DNA from: Callorhinchus milii | Lineage: Eukaryota | Assembly: GCF_018977255.1 (NCBI RefSeq) | Contig: NW_024705313.1 | Location: forward strand, 1-54,971 | Direction of reading: 5' to 3' | Length of the DNA: 54,971 nt | Part shown: one piece after another, positions 51,222-54,971 of the stretch | How positions within the stretch are numbered: position 1 is the first letter of the stretch | Layout of the letters: every line of letters begins with the position of its first letter | The notes under the pieces: model-generated | Database searches by the model: none | What the model was told of the DNA's origin: nothing | What the model saw: the letters and a program-made list of their open reading frames with translations, nothing else | Position numbers and translations under genes: made by a program

Positions 51222-51285
51222 TGTGTCTTTCGGTAAAGTCACGTAGATAGAAAGATAATGATAAGTGTAAAAAAAAATATCACAC
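51222..51285 (-). repeat. Penelope P1 tail fragment
   Basis: gtctttcggtaaagtcacgtagatagaa. Confidence 0.7.
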
Positions 51286-51294
51286 AATACCATA

Positions 51295-52797
51295 CAACAA
51301 CAACCGCCATTCGCCACTAAGTGGCGGTAACGTCACCACGACGCTTGTGGCAGGCTATGTGCAACTTGAGGCCACGTGAAGTGTCGAACGCCTGCTGGCA
51401 GGAGTTGACGAGGCAGACCCAGATGCGACAGATCGACTGACTGAGACGACTGGCTGATGCACCACCTGTGCCCCCTACTGTGCCAACTTGCTGTGCTTTA
51501 GCACCCGGCGCTCTGCTCGTTGTTGTGAGCGTCGCTCCTCCGCCCTCCGTTGTTGTTGGAGGACGCTGCCTCCAACTGCCCAGTAGCGTCCTTCACGAGC
51601 CTCCTCCACAGAGGCCGATCTTGACAGCATGGTAGCAGTCATCGGCAAGTCCACTCAGCTCCACATCCTCCTGTACCACATCACTCCATCTCTTCTCTAG
51701 CCCGTGCCGCGCCCGTTTAGCCCCCACGATCCGGCCGAACAAAAGCTGTTTAGGCATGCGGTGGCTGGGCATGCGGGCTACATGACCCAGCCAACGCAGC
51801 CTTGCCTGCCGGAGGAGCTCACCGATGGGACTTTGTCCACATCTTTAAAGGATTTGTGAGCTCCTCACACAATCCAGCCTGGTTAAACCCAGGATGGATC
51901 GTAGGCAGGCCAGCCTAAATGTTTATAACCGGCGAAGATGTTCCATTAGGGGGGTCCACGTTTCGCAAGCGTAGAGAAGGGAGGGAATGACTGTGGCCGA
52001 GAAGACCTGAAGCTTCGTGCGGAGCGACAGACCAGGTAGCTTCCACACAGCGTTATACAACCGATGAAAAGACAATGCCGCTCGACTGATTCGGAGTGAG
52101 ACCTCTGCTGTTAAACCGCAGCCGGTCATGAGCACACTGCCCAGGTATGGGCAACTCTCCACTCTCTCCACAACTGCCCCATCAGCAATTGGGAGTTGTG
52201 GGGGTGGAGTGTCCGATGGTACAAAATACCCAGGCAGGTGCTTAGTTTTGGTGGGGCTGATGGCAAGGTCCCACCTCTTAGTGGCAAGCTCCAGGTTCAG
52301 CAGCAGCGCCTCCAACTCCTCGTCTGAGTGAGCAGCAATTACCAGATCATCGGCATACATAACATGGTTTAGCAATAGGGAGCCATCCCATGACCGCACC
52401 CGGGCATCGATCAGCCTCCCATTGTATCTGTACCAGATAGAAATTCCTCCAGTACAGCTATTGAAGGCTTCACGAACTACGTGGTAAAAATAGATGTAAA
52501 ATAATGTGGGAGCCAGAGGACATCCCTGTCGCACCCCAAGGTGGCTCCGACTCCCGGCCACGTAGTTTTACCCGGGCCCGCTCACCATCATGAAGGTCCT
52601 TAATGATCGTGAGCAGAGGGTGAGGGACTCCGAAAGCACGCAGAACAACCCAGAGGCCAGGCCTACTGATGGTATCATAGGCCTTGACCAGGTCAATAAA
52701 GCAGAGATGTAGGTCTTGTTGGAATTCCTACACCTCAGCTGTAGCAGACGGACAGAAAATAAAGCATCTGTGCAGGACCGCCCTTTCCTAAAACCTC
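51295..52797 (-). mobile_element. 5'-truncated RTE-clade LINE with a degenerate reverse transcriptase
   Basis: GFRKGRSCTDALF..CFIDLVKAYDTI; GVRQGCPLAPTLF; YADD; YLGS; TKLQVFSATVIPSLLYACETW; (TTG)n tail at ~51295-51305; frameshifted. Confidence 0.9.
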
Positions 52798-52864
52798 ATT
52801 AAAACTGCACAATAGCATACGCACCATGCTATAGACACAATAGCATATACAGCATGCTATGCTA

Positions 52865-53062
52865 TTCTCCTACAACATCAGAGTGCAGCGCCACATTACA
52901 ATGACAATAGTTTAAATCGATTTGAAGCATGTTTTATTTTTTTTGGGGGGGGCAGAGCTTTGTGACGTCATATTTGAGGGGGTCTGACTTTTTGTGACGC
53001 CGTGTGACGAGGGGGGGGTCAAAAATCGTCCAAAATCGCGTGACGTCATTTATGGACGGCCC
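52865..53062. mobile_element. PIF/Harbinger-like MITE right end
   Basis: cgtgacgtcatttatggacggccc followed by TTA; body shared with 13472-13575. Confidence 0.55.
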
Positions 53063-53227
53063 CTTAGCGGTTTATGTTCTGTGCTGTGAGTACTACGGCT
53101 CACATGAGTGGCGAGTGATATTGATCATGAGTGTCTCCAACAAACCCATACGGATCGTGCAGAGTGGTCTCGACATATAATGCTACATGGAGAAGCCTGC
53201 GAGCAGTTAAATTTAAAAAGCAAAATG

Positions 53228-53476
53228 TTTATTTACCAGATAAGGCCCACTGGGCTACACAACTCTTTTTAAAATAAGTGACCTGGCCACAAATGATGGC
53301 TCAACGAAGTGGCTTAAGTGGACATTTACTGAAGCCAAATACTCGAAACGCGTGTTGCGAAATGTGGAGGGGAAAAACTGGAGGACCCAGAGAAAAATCC
53401 ACGCAGGCGTCAGCGTTGGATCGAACCCACTTCCTCCTGTATACCGGGCGAGGGATTTAAAATCTCGCCACCGTGC
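53228..53476 (-). mobile_element. V-SINE-like element, copy 2
   Basis: Reverse complement of 12605-12891 with a short internal deletion. Confidence 0.7.
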
Positions 53477-53939
53477 ATTGGCAACGGACTGCAAATTCGG
53501 TGAGTACGGCAATACCTGATTCTAACCAAATGTGGCCCAACGTGTGTAGCATATCTCTTCTATTGGCGCAGAGGTATTTGAGGCATGTTTTTTACATAAG
53601 CCCCCTCTCGAATCGTGTTTGCAAAGTGGATCGTGCAGATTGTGGTCTGGCAACCCACAGCAGTGAATTTGTCTTTGACACGAACGCGGTGCTAAAAAAA
53701 CAGAGAACCGCAGACATGAAGAATATGTAAAATGATGTTGACCTATTTTTTTGACGGTCGAAAATCTTATTAAAAGGGGGTTAACGTAAATCTACAAAGC
53801 TAGGTCTGCGTTGGGTCTAGCAACTGCGTGCGTACTTGCTTCCCCCATTATCGCCCCGGTCTTTTCCCCCCCTTTAGACGTTCAGAGTCGACACTACGCG
53901 TTCAGAAGCATTTGGCTGCTGCTATACATCGCCACGCGA

Positions 53940-54030
53940 GAAGCCACTTCGCTTGAGCGAGCGTTTGTGGCCAGGTCGCTTCTGAAATCGAACCAAGTAG
54001 CTCGGTGGATCTTTATCCGGTAAAATAAAA
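53940..54030 (+). repeat. L2-type 3' tail shared with the V-SINE
   Basis: aagccacttcg..tttgtggccaggtc..tagctcggtgg..ccggtaaaataaaa with a different upstream sequence. Confidence 0.55.
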
Positions 54031-54624
54031 CGTAGTTTAGTTTTGTGGTTTACTCCAACAAATTAAATGCGTTGGCGTGTTGGCTCTCGATGTACCACCA
54101 GGGCATTGCGGTGTTCTAAATGCCATCTTCAGTTCTGGCACGTGGAGGTCTGAGGCCAAAATCAAAGAGCTGAGTCCAGGTTTAAAACAACTCGTCGTGT
54201 TGTCGCTGAGCATTGTGGGTAATCGCATACACACATCAATAGGATGTTTGTCAACATGCCGCTGTTGTACAACGGATGCTATTTTTGCGGTGAAAAAAAA
54301 TGTCAAATGCGTTGATGCATACCCCTCACTGTTTAAAGTAAAGAGGATTTGTTTTAAAATCCCTGATTAATAGTGGGAGGGCCAAAAAGATGCGCCCCCT
54401 ATTCTACCAAGTGGAATTTCCTTTACAAGTGAAATTTTGGGAGGACGTGTGCCGACTTCGCGTAAGGGTTGTAGGATCTAGCAGAAGGAAGGAAGTGATG
54501 GCAGGGTGCGGTAGTGTCAACAGCATTGGCCACGGTGGCCTCCTTTGTTCGTCAACTACTTCGGCATGTTTTTTCCCCCGGTGCATGCGATGCACGCTTC
54601 GGTGCTAATGTCGAGAAGTACCGT

Positions 54625-54905
54625 GAGGAACCAACGAGGGGCGAGCGCAGAAAGAGGGGCGGAAAGGGAGAAGCCCTAGAAAAAAGGGATAGGAGAAAGG
54701 GGACCGAGAGAGCAGAGGAGAGGGAGAGAGGCGAGTTGGGGTGGAGACGCTCAGGGTGGAGTGGGGAAAAGGGGAGACGTGAGGGTAGCCTCGGGAGAGA
54801 GGAAGCCAGGAAGGAGAAAGGGACAGGGGCTCGCGAGTGCCTGCCACGGGTGGAAGTGTGGAGAGAGAGAGAAGGAGTGCGAGTGGAGTGGAGGAAGAGG
54901 AGTGA
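54625..54905 (+). repeat. Purine-rich low-complexity tract
   Basis: Strong G/A bias on +; a similar tract lies at ~19310-19525. Confidence 0.55.
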
Positions 54906-54971
54906 ATTAACGGCGAGCAGCCCTGAATCAGAATCTGGTCTCCGTGTGGTGATTCGACAGCACCCGGGGTG

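Noticed and set aside
54037..54608. Short ORFs near the right end as possible exons
   Set aside because: No recognisable protein motif or consistent splice pattern

Overview
Eukaryotic (animal) genomic DNA, apparently from an indel-prone draft assembly. Positions 1-1823 hold the last five exons of an intron-containing RIOX1/NO66 JmjC oxygenase on +. It lies tail-to-tail with two tandem 4-exon SDR9C-family (BDH1-like) dehydrogenase paralogues on - (2664-8816 and 16055-21794), whose first exons look gene-converted. The flanks are packed with repeats: two Penelope-like families carrying minimal hammerhead-ribozyme motifs (about 10 cores, some in fold-back palindromes), DINE-1/HINE-like Helentron derivatives with G-tracts, V-SINE and tRNA-SINE copies, L2 and RTE LINE fragments, several MITEs, Helitron-like ends and a Gypsy remnant with a 77-bp LTR-like end. 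After a 30-N gap, about 19.6 kb (28300 to ~47900) has no genes, repeats or compositional structure that I can detect and looks like random or shuffled DNA. I treat it as probably artificial and claim no biological system there. The most credible 'system' in the window is the hammerhead-bearing Penelope-derived fold-back elements.
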